DNA of 64,000 nt from Alphaproteobacteria bacterium (lineage in GTDB: Bacteria > Pseudomonadota > Alphaproteobacteria > UBA828). Where the stretch lies: positions 416,001 to 480,000 of the forward strand of contig CBDCRW010000007.1 in the NCBI GenBank assembly GCA_965221125.1, given 5' to 3'. The notes under the pieces are model-generated. The model did no database searches. It worked only from the letters and a program-made list of their open reading frames with translations, and was not told the origin of the DNA. The translations under genes and the position numbers were made by a program. This document shows positions 17,844-31,157 of the stretch, one piece after another. Within the stretch, counting starts at the first letter, position 1, and each line of letters opens with the position of its first letter.

Positions 17844-20800
17844 GCCTTTTGTATTTCCCTCAATCGCCGGGCGCTCGCTCCGCTCGCTTGGCTACGCGCT
17901 GCGCGCGCGGCGCGGTCGCGCCGTCCGGGCCTGCCGGCCCGGCCCTCATGCAGCAAAGCGGTAGGGCGACTCAAATCTCTACCGATATCTGGCCGCATCC
18001 GCTCACTGCGCACGGCCGCCAGGCCCGCGCGCTCGCGGTGCTGCCGGAGACCGCCCTCGCGGATGTGATCGCGGAGGCGCTGCCCGGCGCCGGCGATTCC
18101 GATCTGATCGCGTCCGCGCTACCGCTGCGCTGCTTGAGCGCGGACGCGCCCTTCACCGCCGCCATCGATGGCCGGCCCGTGCCGCCGGCCGTCTGGGCAA
18201 CAACGCAACTCCGCGCCGGCCAGATCGTCACCTTGCGCGCGGCGCTGGCCGACGGCAGCGGGGGCAAGAATCCCCTCGCCGCAATCCTCCAGATCGCCAC
18301 CCTCGTCGCCGCCATTGTGGTGCCGCCCCTGCTCTTCGCCTCATCCTGGGCGCAAGCGATCACCGGCGCCGCCATCACCATCGCCGGCGGGCTGATCGTG
18401 AATGCGCTCGCCCCGCCCCGCGCGCCGGATGCCCTGCCCGAGCCGGGCGCCGCGCCCGCGCCCGTCTACAGCCTCCGCGCCGGCTCCAATCGCGCGCGCC
18501 CCTACGAGCCCCTGCTGCTCGTCATGGGCGCGCATCGCGTGTTCCCCGATCTCAGCGCCGCCGAGTACACCGAGATCGTCGACGGCGAGCAGTACCTCCA
18601 TCAGATTTTCAACTTCGGCCTCGGCAATCTCGCCATCGACGATTTCCGCATCGGCGAGACGGCGCTGCGCTCCTACGAGGAGGTGAGCCTCCAGCGCGAC
18701 GATGCGGCCGGCGCGCTTACCCTCGTCGCCGGCAACGTGGACAGCGAGGCCGGCGGCGTGCTGGCCGATCCCGCCTTTATCGAAAGGGCCACCGGCCCGA
18801 ACACGGGGCGCATCGGCATCGATCTCGCCGGGCGCATCTTCGAGGTGAACGAGCAGGGCGATATCGTCGCGAACAGCGTGGAGATCGAGGTCCAGTGGGA
18901 GCCGGCCGCCGGCGGCGGCCCGGTGGAAAGCCGCACGGTCACGCTCACCAACGATAGCCAAGCGCCCTATCGCCGCACGCTGGGCTACGATCTCGGCACG
19001 CCCGGCGCCTGGATCGTGCGCGTGCGCCGCGCCGCCCCGCCGGCCGATTCGGATCGCGTCTATGACGATCTCTCCTGGGCCGCGCTCCGCGCCTATCAGC
19101 TCGATACGGCCGATTACCAGGGGCAGACGCGCTACGCCCTGCGCATCCGCGCATCCGGCCAGCTTTCCGGCCGCCTCAATCGCGTCTCCGCGATGGTGCG
19201 CCAGCGCGTGCCTACATGGGACGGCACTCAATGGACGGCCTCGATGCCGACGGACAACCCGGCATGGCTGTTCCGCTGGTATGCGCGGGGCATCCGCGTG
19301 GACGGCCGCCTCGTGGCCGGCCTCGGCCTCTCCAGCCGGCGCATCGATGAGGAGGCGCTGAAAGCATGGGGCGCCTGGTGCGCCGCGCAAGGGCTCGGCT
19401 GCAACCTTGTGCTGGACCGCGCCATCACGCATGGCGATGTGCTGGCGCTCATCGCCCAATGCGGGCGCGCGAGCGTGAGCTGGCAGAGCGGCAGGCTCGG
19501 CGTGGTCTGGGAGGAAGCCGGGCGCCCGGCAACGGCCCTGATAACGCCCGGCAACATCGTCGCCGGCTCCTTCGCCGTGGAATACGCCAATGGCCGCGGG
19601 GCGGACGAGATCGCGGTGCGCTACATCGATCCCGCGCTCGATTGGCAATACAACACGCTCCGCCGCCTGGCGCCCGGCGTCACGACTCCGCCCGCGAGCA
19701 CGGCCACGATCACGCTGCACGGCGTCACCTCAAGCATGCAGGCGGCGGCGGAATGCAATCTGCAGGCCGCGCGCCAGCTCTACCATCGCCGCCGCTTCTC
19801 ATGGGAGATGGCGGCGGAGGGGCTTTCGCTCGCGCGGGGCGACGTGGTCCATCTCACCCATTCCCTGATCGATGGCGGGCGCGCCGGGCGCCTCGCCGGC
19901 GGCGATGCCGCGCGCCCGGTGCTCGATAGGCCGGTGAACGTCGACGGCGGTGGCGAGATGCTGTTCCGCCTGGCGGACGGCCGCGTGCATCGGAGCGCCG
20001 TCTCCGCCCCGCCGGGCGTGGCCGGGGAGACCGCCGCAATCGCGCTCGCCACGCCCTTGCCGCAGGCCCCGGATGCGGATGGCGCCAGCCCGCGCGATTC
20101 GCTCTGGCGCCTCTACGATGCCGCCCTGCCGCCGGTGCGCGCCCGCATCGTCGCGGTAGAGCCCGCAACGGACCGGCGGGTGCGCTTTACCGCCATCGAC
20201 GAGCTCGCGCTCTACTACGATGCCGCCACGCTCGATCTCTCCGCACCGCTGCCGCCGCTGCGCTCGCGCGCGCCCCGCATCCTCGATGTCACGCTGGCCG
20301 AAACGCTGGTGCGCGTGGGCGCCGGCTTCGCCGTGGAGATCGAGGCCGCGCTGACCGTGGCCGGCGATTGGCGGGGCGGCGTGATCCGCGCCGGCATCGA
20401 TGGCGAGACGCCGCGCACCGTGGCGCGCATGATCGATGGCGAGACCACCGCGCGATGGCTGGCGCCGCCCGCCGGCACGCTCACCGTGACCGTCACGCCC
20501 GGCACGGAGGCCGCGCCCTCCGGCGCGCCGTTCACTACCATCTACGAGATCGTCGGCCCCCTGGCGCCGCCGCTGCCGCCCTCCAATTTCCTGATCGATG
20601 TGCTGGGCGACGGCACGCGGCGCCTGCGCTGGACCCCGCCGCTGGACGTCGATCTCGCCGGCGTGCTGATCCGCTTCGGCGCCCAGGCCCGCCCGCCGCT
20701 GGATTGGGAGCAGCTCATGCCGCTGCATCGGGGCCATCTCACCGCCTCGCCGCTGGAGACAATCGAGCCGCCCGCCGGCGTCTGGGTCTTTTCGGCCCGC

Positions 20801-21565
20801 GCCATCGATACCGGCGGGCGCCTCTCCGAAGAGGAGGTGCGGATCGTGGCCGAGCTCGGGCCGCAGCGCCAGGGCGATGCCATCGTTTGGGTCTGCCCCT
20901 CCGCTACCGGCTGGCCCGGCACGCTGTTCGATACCATCGAACGCTCCGATGATGGCCGCGATGCGCTGGAGAACATCGGCGATTACACCTGGGACGATCT
21001 CACCACCTGGGACGCCTGGGAGTCGTGGACAACCGGGAACGGCATGCAGGCGACCACGGAGATCCTGTTTCGGAGCACGGTCGAAGATTTGGGCGCCGTG
21101 TTCGATGCCGAGTTGCGCTGGACGGCGGATGTGGTGGGCGAGGCCGAATTCGAATACCGCGCCGCGGAGGCGCGGGAGGATATCGCGGGCGCGGCCTGGA
21201 CGCCCTATGTGCCGGCGACAACGGTGCATGGGCGCTTCCTGCAAATGCGCTGGCGCGTCACCGGCGACGGCACGCGGGTTATCGGCCTCGATCACCTCTG
21301 CTGGTCAATCCACGCCCCCGGCGCCATCCGCAAGCTGCTTGATCGCAACACGGCCGATTGGCCGGGCACGGCGGCGGATGGGCGCGAGGTGCCGAACGAT
21401 CTCCGCCTCGTCACCGATCTCGACGTCACCCTGCAATCCGTAAGCGCCGGCTGGAGCTGGACGCTGCTCAGAAAGAACGATCCCACGCTGATCAGGATTT
21501 ACGATGGCGACGGCAATCCGGCCGATGCCATCGTGGACGTGATCGTGCGCGGCGTCGCCGCATAG
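17840..21565 (+). CDS. Tail tip/host-specificity protein (gpI-gpJ-like fusion with FN3-like region)
   Basis: GGKNPL, NRARPYEPLLLVMG, LRIRASGQLSG, TDNPAW, ITPGNIVAGSF; start at TTG 17840 (TTGA overlap) or ATG 17948. Confidence 0.85.
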   Translation: MSLLYFPQSPGARSARLATRCARGAVAPSGPAGPALMQQSGRATQISTDIWPHPLTAHGRQARALAVLPETALADVIAEALPGAGDSDLIASALPLRCLSADAPFTAAIDGRPVPPAVWATTQLRAGQIVTLRAALADGSGGKNPLAAILQIATLVAAIVVPPLLFASSWAQAITGAAITIAGGLIVNALAPPRAPDALPEPGAAPAPVYSLRAGSNRARPYEPLLLVMGAHRVFPDLSAAEYTEIVDGEQYLHQIFNFGLGNLAIDDFRIGETALRSYEEVSLQRDDAAGALTLVAGNVDSEAGGVLADPAFIERATGPNTGRIGIDLAGRIFEVNEQGDIVANSVEIEVQWEPAAGGGPVESRTVTLTNDSQAPYRRTLGYDLGTPGAWIVRVRRAAPPADSDRVYDDLSWAALRAYQLDTADYQGQTRYALRIRASGQLSGRLNRVSAMVRQRVPTWDGTQWTASMPTDNPAWLFRWYARGIRVDGRLVAGLGLSSRRIDEEALKAWGAWCAAQGLGCNLVLDRAITHGDVLALIAQCGRASVSWQSGRLGVVWEEAGRPATALITPGNIVAGSFAVEYANGRGADEIAVRYIDPALDWQYNTLRRLAPGVTTPPASTATITLHGVTSSMQAAAECNLQAARQLYHRRRFSWEMAAEGLSLARGDVVHLTHSLIDGGRAGRLAGGDAARPVLDRPVNVDGGGEMLFRLADGRVHRSAVSAPPGVAGETAAIALATPLPQAPDADGASPRDSLWRLYDAALPPVRARIVAVEPATDRRVRFTAIDELALYYDAATLDLSAPLPPLRSRAPRILDVTLAETLVRVGAGFAVEIEAALTVAGDWRGGVIRAGIDGETPRTVARMIDGETTARWLAPPAGTLTVTVTPGTEAAPSGAPFTTIYEIVGPLAPPLPPSNFLIDVLGDGTRRLRWTPPLDVDLAGVLIRFGAQARPPLDWEQLMPLHRGHLTASPLETIEPPAGVWVFSARAIDTGGRLSEEEVRIVAELGPQRQGDAIVWVCPSATGWPGTLFDTIERSDDGRDALENIGDYTWDDLTTWDAWESWTTGNGMQATTEILFRSTVEDLGAVFDAELRWTADVVGEAEFEYRAAEAREDIAGAAWTPYVPATTVHGRFLQMRWRVTGDGTRVIGLDHLCWSIHAPGAIRKLLDRNTADWPGTAADGREVPNDLRLVTDLDVTLQSVSAGWSWTLLRKNDPTLIRIYDGDGNPADAIVDVIVRGVAA
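17847..17952 (-). repeat. ~105-bp palindromic repeat, copy 3 (inverted)
   Basis: TTCCCTCAATCGCCGGGCGCTCGCTCCGCTCGCTTG is the reverse complement of the core. Confidence 0.85.
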
Positions 21566-21576
21566 GAGAGGAACAC

Positions 21577-22287
21577 ATGCCCTGGCCGCGAGACGATCTT
21601 GTGACGGACGATCTGGACTCCGGCGCGGATCGCCCGCCGCGCGCGGAATTCTTCAAGCTGTTCGAGCGCGTGAAGGCGATCATCGGCTCGCGCGGCGAGA
21701 TCAACGGCGTTCCGATCCTGGACAGCCGGGGCCGCATTCCGGCGGCGCAGATAGGGCGCGGCGTGGCCGGCGGCGTGGCCTCGCTCGGCCCCGCCGGCAC
21801 CGTGCCGCTGGCCCAGCTCCCGACTCTGTCTGCGCCGGAAAGCGAGGTGCCGCCCGGCGCGATTGCGATGTGGGCCGGCGGCAACGCGGCGCCGCAGGGC
21901 TGGCACAATTGCTATGGCGCCGCCGTGAGCCGCGCCACCTACGCCGCGCTGTTCGCCGCGATTGGCACCACTTACGGCGCGGGCGATGGCGTGAGCACGT
22001 TCAATCTGCCGCATCTGGGCGCGCGCTTCCCGCTGGGCCGCGGCTCCGGCCGCGCCCTCGGCGCCACCGGCGGGGCGGTCACGCATACGCTCACCGAGGC
22101 GGAGATGCCGCGCCACTTTCACACCATCGCGGAATCGGAGGAGGACGATAACCCGGACCCCGGCAACCGGGTGATCACGAACACGCGGGCGCAGCTAGGC
22201 ACGATCAACACGGGCCACGCCGGCGGCAACGCGGCGCACAACAACATGCCGCCCTATCTCGTCGTGAACTTCATCATCAAATGGTGA
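21577..22287 (+). CDS. Tail collar domain protein / short fiber
   Basis: PPGAIAMWAG...VSRATYAALFAAIGTTYGAGDGVSTFNLP, HNNMPPYLVVNFIIK. Confidence 0.9.
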   Translation: MPWPRDDLVTDDLDSGADRPPRAEFFKLFERVKAIIGSRGEINGVPILDSRGRIPAAQIGRGVAGGVASLGPAGTVPLAQLPTLSAPESEVPPGAIAMWAGGNAAPQGWHNCYGAAVSRATYAALFAAIGTTYGAGDGVSTFNLPHLGARFPLGRGSGRALGATGGAVTHTLTEAEMPRHFHTIAESEEDDNPDPGNRVITNTRAQLGTINTGHAGGNAAHNNMPPYLVVNFIIKW

Positions 22288-22329
22288 GACGGGCCGCAAG
22301 CGCGCGGGCGGCGGCGGGGGCGGTGCGAG

Positions 22330-22986
22330 TCAATCCGATGCGCGCTTTTGCGCCCAGCCCCAATTGCCGTCGTCGATCCTGCAATTGCCGAAGCCGGGGT
22401 GCTGCTCCACCAGGAGCGAGAACACCTTTCCGACCTGCGCCGTCGTGGCTTCTTCATCGCTGAGCCGGGCGGCGCGCTGGCGAACGGTCGGGGTGGGGCT
22501 GTTGGCCATCGTCCAGCGCAGATCGTCGAACAGCAGCCAGCCTCCCGGTCTCAGCAGTTTCTCGACCAGGAAGAAGCCGAATCCGGTCACGTCCCACGTG
22601 TGTCCCGCGTCCAGGTAGCAGAAGTCGAAGCGGGGCCGGCAGCAGCCGTCCACGGTCGCCGCCTCGATGACCTTCATCAGCTCCCAGGTGAACGAGCGCT
22701 TGGCAAAGACCGGCCGGACCCACGCGCCCAGTCCCGTGCGTTCGAGCAGCGTTTCGATGTTGGGCGTGCGGTTGCGGGCGCCTTCCAGGTCCATAGTCAG
22801 GACCGAGCCGGAGCCAAGCTCCCGGACAGCGGCGCCGAGGTAGCAGCTCGACTTTCCGTGCGCGAAGCCGAGCTCCAGGATGTCGCGGCACTCGTTCTCG
22901 ATGACGAAGTCGTAGAGCGAGCGCGCCCGGCGAGAGGAGATGAAGGGCAGTCCGTCGAGCTGACTGTCGATCCGGTCGAAACCCAT
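22330..22986 (-). CDS. Class I SAM-dependent methyltransferase (Methyltransf_24-like)
   Basis: ILELGFAHGKS, FDFCYLDAGH, LRPGGWLLFDD. Confidence 0.85.
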   Translation of the reverse strand: MGFDRIDSQLDGLPFISSRRARSLYDFVIENECRDILELGFAHGKSSCYLGAAVRELGSGSVLTMDLEGARNRTPNIETLLERTGLGAWVRPVFAKRSFTWELMKVIEAATVDGCCRPRFDFCYLDAGHTWDVTGFGFFLVEKLLRPGGWLLFDDLRWTMANSPTPTVRQRAARLSDEEATTAQVGKVFSLLVEQHPGFGNCRIDDGNWGWAQKRASD

Positions 22987-23009
22987 TCCCGGTTCGCTTC
23001 GGCTCACGT

Positions 23010-23396
23010 TCAGGCGACAGCGACGGCGTCGATCTCCACCTTCCATTCGGGGCGGACGAGGCCGGCCACCACGATGGTCGTCGATGCGGCCTTGTGGTCG
23101 GCGCCCAGGTGCTGCCGCCGGGCGGCTGCGAGCAGGGGAACGTAGTCGGCGTCCAGCATGTAGGTGATGGTGCGTACGATGTTGGCGGGCGTCATGCCGG
23201 CGTCGGCGAGGACGGCCTCGATGTTGCCCCAGACGCATTCGATCTGCGCCGCCACGTCCTCGGGCACGGTGCCGTCGGGGGCCGTGCCGACCTGCCCCGA
23301 TACGTGCAGCAGGCGCGAGACGTCGACGGCCTCGACGCCGTGGTCGTAGTGGCCGAACGGCCCGGCGATGCCGGCCGGGTTGTATGTCTTGAGCAT
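23010..23396 (-). CDS. RidA/YjgF family protein
   Basis: LHVSGQVG, ASTTIVVAGL, WKVEIDAVA. Confidence 0.9.
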   Translation of the reverse strand: MLKTYNPAGIAGPFGHYDHGVEAVDVSRLLHVSGQVGTAPDGTVPEDVAAQIECVWGNIEAVLADAGMTPANIVRTITYMLDADYVPLLAAARRQHLGADHKAASTTIVVAGLVRPEWKVEIDAVAVA

Positions 23397-23434
23397 GGTG
23401 GCCTCCTGACTCTCTCGCGTGGACCGGCAGGTGG

Positions 23435-24016
23435 CTAGGCTGCGGCGCGGGGGCCCACCGGGCAGTGCGCCTCGCGCTCCACCAGGTCGTAGACGAAGAG
23501 GAACTTCGCGATTCCGGTGAGCACCGCCGCCACCATACCGAGCTCGAAGATCTCGCCGTCGTCGAAGTGGGCGGAGAGATCGGCGTAGAGGGCGGGCGTG
23601 AGCTGGCCTTCCATGTTGGGGAGCACCATCTCGGCACCGAGGCGCAGCACGGCGCGCTCGCGCTCGTCGAAGACGTCGCTCGCCTCGTTCATGATGGCGT
23701 CGAGCTGGGCATCGGTGACGCCGGCGCGGCGCGCGGCCTCGACGTTGCCCTTGTTGCAGAAGGCGCAGCCGTGGGTCATCGAGAGCCGGTAGCGCAGCAG
23801 CTCCTTGATCCTGACCTCGACGCGCCCGCCATAGAAGACGCCCTCGTAGAAGCTCTTGAAGTACCACTCGAGCATGTGGGGGGCGTTGGCGCCGATCTCG
23901 TAGAAGGTCGCATCGCCGCCCTTGCTCTCCTGCAGCGTGCGGCTCTCCTGGTAGGCATCGCGCAGCCAGCCGTCCATGGCGTCCGGCGCGATCCGTTGCA
24001 GCAAGGGGTTGGGCAC
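23435..24016 (-). CDS. Carboxymuconolactone decarboxylase/AhpD family protein
   Basis: IKELLRYRLSMTHGCAFC, FDERERAVL. Confidence 0.85.
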   Translation of the reverse strand: MPNPLLQRIAPDAMDGWLRDAYQESRTLQESKGGDATFYEIGANAPHMLEWYFKSFYEGVFYGGRVEVRIKELLRYRLSMTHGCAFCNKGNVEAARRAGVTDAQLDAIMNEASDVFDERERAVLRLGAEMVLPNMEGQLTPALYADLSAHFDDGEIFELGMVAAVLTGIAKFLFVYDLVEREAHCPVGPRAAA

Positions 24017-24026
24017 GCTCTCCTCC

Positions 24027-24166
24027 TTTATCGCTCACGGCAGCCGGCCGTCGCGCGATTCCGCGCGCCTACCGGCGCGACGGCCGGCGCCTCCGCGAGG
24101 GCGCCGCATACGCGGCGGGCCGCTGTCGCGGCCTGTCGCACGTCCGTCAAAGTCGGACGCGCTCTA
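24027..24166. repeat. 140-bp MITE/RIME-like intergenic repeat, copy A
   Basis: Near-identical to 47049-47188; nested hairpins. Confidence 0.9.
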
Positions 24167-24205
24167 TGCGCTCAGCAAGACCATGACACGGGCGAGACGT
24201 GCCGC

Positions 24206-24856
24206 CTAGTCGTCTGCCTCCTTGAGCGCGGCGATGATCTCGTCGGGCTCGAGCCGTTGGGTGTAGTCCGCGTCGACGAAGGCCTTGAGCACCGTGCCGC
24301 CCTTGCCGATGACGAAGGTGGCCGGGACGGGCAGGGTCTGGCTCCCCTCGCCGTTGGAGGCCTCCAGGTCGATGCCGAAGCCCTTGTAGATGTCGTTGAC
24401 CGCATCGGGCAGGCGGAAGGTGAGGCCGAAGGCGCTCGCCACCCGGTTGCCGTCGTCGCTCAGCACGTCGAAGCCGATCTCGTTCTTCTCCTGCGTGGTG
24501 AGCGCGTTGTCCGGCGTTTCCGGCGTGATCGCGACCAGGCGCGCGCCCAGCGCCTCGATCTCCGGCAGCCGGTCCTGCAGCGCCTTCAGCTCGATGTTGC
24601 AGTAGGGGCACCAGCCGCCGCGGTAGAAGGAGACCACGGCCGGGCCGTCGCTCCACAGCGCCTCGGAGGCGACCGGCTCGCCGTGCGCGTTGGGGAGCGA
24701 GAAATCCGGGGCGGCGCTGCCTTCGCCCGCGCTCTGCTCGGCGATGCCGGAAGCGATGAGGTCTTTCGTGGCTCCCTGCATCACGGCGAGGGTCTCCGGC
24801 GGGAATTTCTGCGCGGAAGCGGCCCGCAGCCTGGCCAGTTCGTCCTCCAGGGGCAT
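24206..24856 (-). CDS. Peroxiredoxin-like AhpC/TSA protein
   Basis: FYRGGWCPYCN, LPVPATFVI. Confidence 0.9.
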   Translation of the reverse strand: MPLEDELARLRAASAQKFPPETLAVMQGATKDLIASGIAEQSAGEGSAAPDFSLPNAHGEPVASEALWSDGPAVVSFYRGGWCPYCNIELKALQDRLPEIEALGARLVAITPETPDNALTTQEKNEIGFDVLSDDGNRVASAFGLTFRLPDAVNDIYKGFGIDLEASNGEGSQTLPVPATFVIGKGGTVLKAFVDADYTQRLEPDEIIAALKEADD

Positions 24857-25130
24857 TCGGTCGTACTCCTCGGTTGGTCCGCCGGGCGCATCGCTCCGGC
24901 AGCCCTCCTTTCAAGCAGCAAATCTGCGCCGGAGTCCAGGCTTTCGGGGCCGGTGCGACGGGTTGGGGGCGGGCCCAGTCCGGGGCCGCTCCTGCGGTTG
25001 CGCGGGCCGGGTGAGTGTGCTACCCATCCGACGCCTTGTCCGGGACGGGCGCCCGCGAGGCTTTTTTTGCGGCCGCGATGCGGGAATTCCGCGTCCACGG
25101 GCGCATCCGAAGCAGACCTGGGGAGTGGCG

Positions 25131-25688
25131 GTGGCTGGGCAATCGGTCGGCGGAGCCGGTCTCGCAGATCGTTACGCGACCGCGCTCTTCGAGCTTGCTC
25201 TGGAGCGGGACGCGGTCGAGCAAATCGAGCGCGACCTCGAAGCCATCCGCGCGCTCGTGGACGGCAGCGACGACCTGAAGCGCGTCGTCCGCAGCCTGAC
25301 GCTCAGCCGCAGCGAGCAGGGCAAGGCCCTCGACGCGGTGCTGGAGCGGCTGGGATCGAGCCAGTACGTCAGGAATTTCGTGGCCCTGCTTGCCCGCAAC
25401 CGGCGGGTCTTCCTGCTGACGGACATGATCGCCGCGTTCCAGGCGAAGCTCGCCGAGCATCGCGGCGAGGTCTCGGCGGAAGTGACGTCGGCCGTGCCGC
25501 TCAAGTCCAACCATCTGGATGCCGTGAGGGAAGCGCTGCGCAACATCGTCGGCCGCGATGTGGCGCTGGAGATCCGCGTCGATCCCGCGCTGATCGGCGG
25601 GCTCACGGTGCGCGTCGGCTCGCGCATGCTCGACAACTCGCTCAGGACGAAGTTGCAGAATCTCGAATTGGCGATGAAGGGGATCTGA
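25131..25688 (+). CDS. atpH: ATP synthase F1 delta
   Basis: [33 protein letters not shown]. Confidence 0.92.
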   Translation: MAGQSVGGAGLADRYATALFELALERDAVEQIERDLEAIRALVDGSDDLKRVVRSLTLSRSEQGKALDAVLERLGSSQYVRNFVALLARNRRVFLLTDMIAAFQAKLAEHRGEVSAEVTSAVPLKSNHLDAVREALRNIVGRDVALEIRVDPALIGGLTVRVGSRMLDNSLRTKLQNLELAMKGI

Positions 25689-25689
25689 C

Positions 25690-27219
<1,530 letters not shown>

Positions 27220-27252
27220 GCTTTGGCATCGTTGAGAAAATAGGCGACTGCC

Positions 27253-29608
<2,356 letters not shown>

Positions 29609-29635
29609 GGAAGCGCAGGAGCCTGAGGAACGGCC

Positions 29636-30037
29636 ATGGCCGACACCCTGCAGTTCGAGCTTGTCGCGCCGGAGCGGCTGATCTTCTCCGGCGACGTCGA
29701 GATGGTGGTGGTGCCGGGCGCCGAGGGCGACTTCGGCGTGCTGCCGGGCCACACGCTGCTGCTGTCGACGCTGCGGCCGGGGGTGATCGAGATCTACGAG
29801 AACGAGAAGCCCAAGGACCGCTACGTGGTGGCCGAAGGCTTCGCCGAGGTCACGGGCGAGCGCTGCACGGTGCTGTCCACCGAGGCGTTCGAGGCCGGCG
29901 CCATCGACCGCGCCCAGGCGGACGCGCGACTGGAGCAGGCGCAACTGCGGCTGCGGGACGCCGAGGGCGAGGAGGAGCGCGCGAAGTACGAGCGCGAGGT
30001 CGAGCTGGCCGAGCTTCTGGCCGCCAACGCCGGCTGA
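29636..30037 (+). CDS. atpC: ATP synthase F1 epsilon
   Basis: FELVAPER, PGAEGDFGVLPGH. Confidence 0.95.
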   Translation: MADTLQFELVAPERLIFSGDVEMVVVPGAEGDFGVLPGHTLLLSTLRPGVIEIYENEKPKDRYVVAEGFAEVTGERCTVLSTEAFEAGAIDRAQADARLEQAQLRLRDAEGEEERAKYEREVELAELLAANAG

Positions 30038-30180
30038 GCCGCGCGCGGGCGGGGCGGCGGTCGGCGCCAAGGAGAGTTTTTGCAAAACGAAGCCAATTTC
30101 GCGTAAGGCGTTGTTTTGTTTGTAAAATAAGGGAATTTCAACCCCGGCGCCGGGGCGTCACGTCGTCAGGAGAGTGAGCC

Positions 30181-31083
30181 ATGCCGAGGACCGTCTCCAT
30201 CGCGGCGTGCCAGTTCGTGGTCAGGCCGGCCGGCAGCTTCGACGAGTTCGCCGCGCACGCCCGCGGGCTGCTGGACCGGGCAGAAGGCGCGGACCTCGTG
30301 CTGTTCCCCGAGCTCTTCACCATCGAGCTGTTCACGACCTTTCCGGACTGGATGGACCTGCCGGTCTCCGAACTGACCCGCATTCACCAGTACGGCAACA
30401 CCAGCTACACCGAAGACTACCGCCGCCTCTTCGAGAGCGAGGCCAAGGAGCGGGGGCAGCACATCGTCGCCGGCTCGCACCTGGAGAGGAAGGGCGGCAG
30501 GTATCTCAACGTCGCCTACCTCTACGGCCCCGACGGGCTCGTTCACACCCACGACAAGACGCATATCTTCCCGGCCGAGGCGCAGTGGTCGACCGAGGAA
30601 GGCGATACCATCGAGATGGTCGAGCTCCCCTTCGCCAGGGTCGGGTTCAACGTGTGCTACGAGGCCGAGATACCGGAGTGCGCGGCGAGCCTTGCGGAGC
30701 AGGGCGCCGAGATCATCCTGTGCCCGTCGCTCACCTTCACGGAAGAGGGTTTCTGGCGCGTCCGCCACTGCGCCCAGGCGCGCGCGATCGAGAACCAGGT
30801 GTACGTCGTCCACTGCGGGGGCAGCGCCGTGCTCCCGCCCGGCGGGCCGCTGCCGTCGCCCTGGGGGCGCAGCGCGATCCTGAGCCCGTGCGATGCCCCG
30901 TGGGACGCGCCGAACGGCGTCGTCGCCGAATCGCCGGCGCCCAACATCGAGACCGTGGTGCGGGGCGTGGTCGACCTCGACAGGCTCCATGAGAACCGGG
31001 AGAACGGCGCCGCACCCACCTTCCGGGACCGCCGCCGCCGCGCGGACCTCTACGGGGCGTGGCCCGGCCACTTCAACGCGTGA
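30181..31083 (+). CDS. Carbon-nitrogen hydrolase (nitrilase superfamily)
   Basis: Catalytic E (FPELF), K (DKTH), C (VCYE); ARAIENQ. Confidence 0.9.
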   Translation: MPRTVSIAACQFVVRPAGSFDEFAAHARGLLDRAEGADLVLFPELFTIELFTTFPDWMDLPVSELTRIHQYGNTSYTEDYRRLFESEAKERGQHIVAGSHLERKGGRYLNVAYLYGPDGLVHTHDKTHIFPAEAQWSTEEGDTIEMVELPFARVGFNVCYEAEIPECAASLAEQGAEIILCPSLTFTEEGFWRVRHCAQARAIENQVYVVHCGGSAVLPPGGPLPSPWGRSAILSPCDAPWDAPNGVVAESPAPNIETVVRGVVDLDRLHENRENGAAPTFRDRRRRADLYGAWPGHFNA

Positions 31084-31157
31084 GCGCGCGCGCAACCGGC
31101 CCCGCCTGTGCTATAGTGCCGGCCGCCGTCGACTCGTCGCAATCCAGGAAGCGGAGC

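Larger units (their letters stand above)
8633..22287 (+). mobile_element. Structural-only phage-derived head-tail module (Mu-like head/neck, siphovirus tail); GTA-like or defective prophage
   Basis: Co-oriented, largely overlapping genes from protease to tail collar protein; no terminase, portal, integrase, transposase or lysis gene recognised in the window. Confidence 0.85.

Noticed and set aside
16472-17952. CRISPR array
   Set aside because: Repeats are ~105 bp, diverged, separated by whole genes and one is inverted; no cas genes
8633-22287. Canonical RcGTA cluster or contractile injection system/tailocin
   Set aside because: Head and neck genes are Mu-type and there is no terminase or HK97-family portal. 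No sheath or baseplate wedge genes are present, and a capsid is.
17840-22287. Diversity-generating retroelement or invertible tail-fiber cassette
   Set aside because: No reverse transcriptase, template/variable repeat pair or invertase seen in the window
30063-30140. AT-rich patch after atpC as an ncRNA
   Set aside because: Short and most simply a terminator/promoter region for the next gene; no recognisable family
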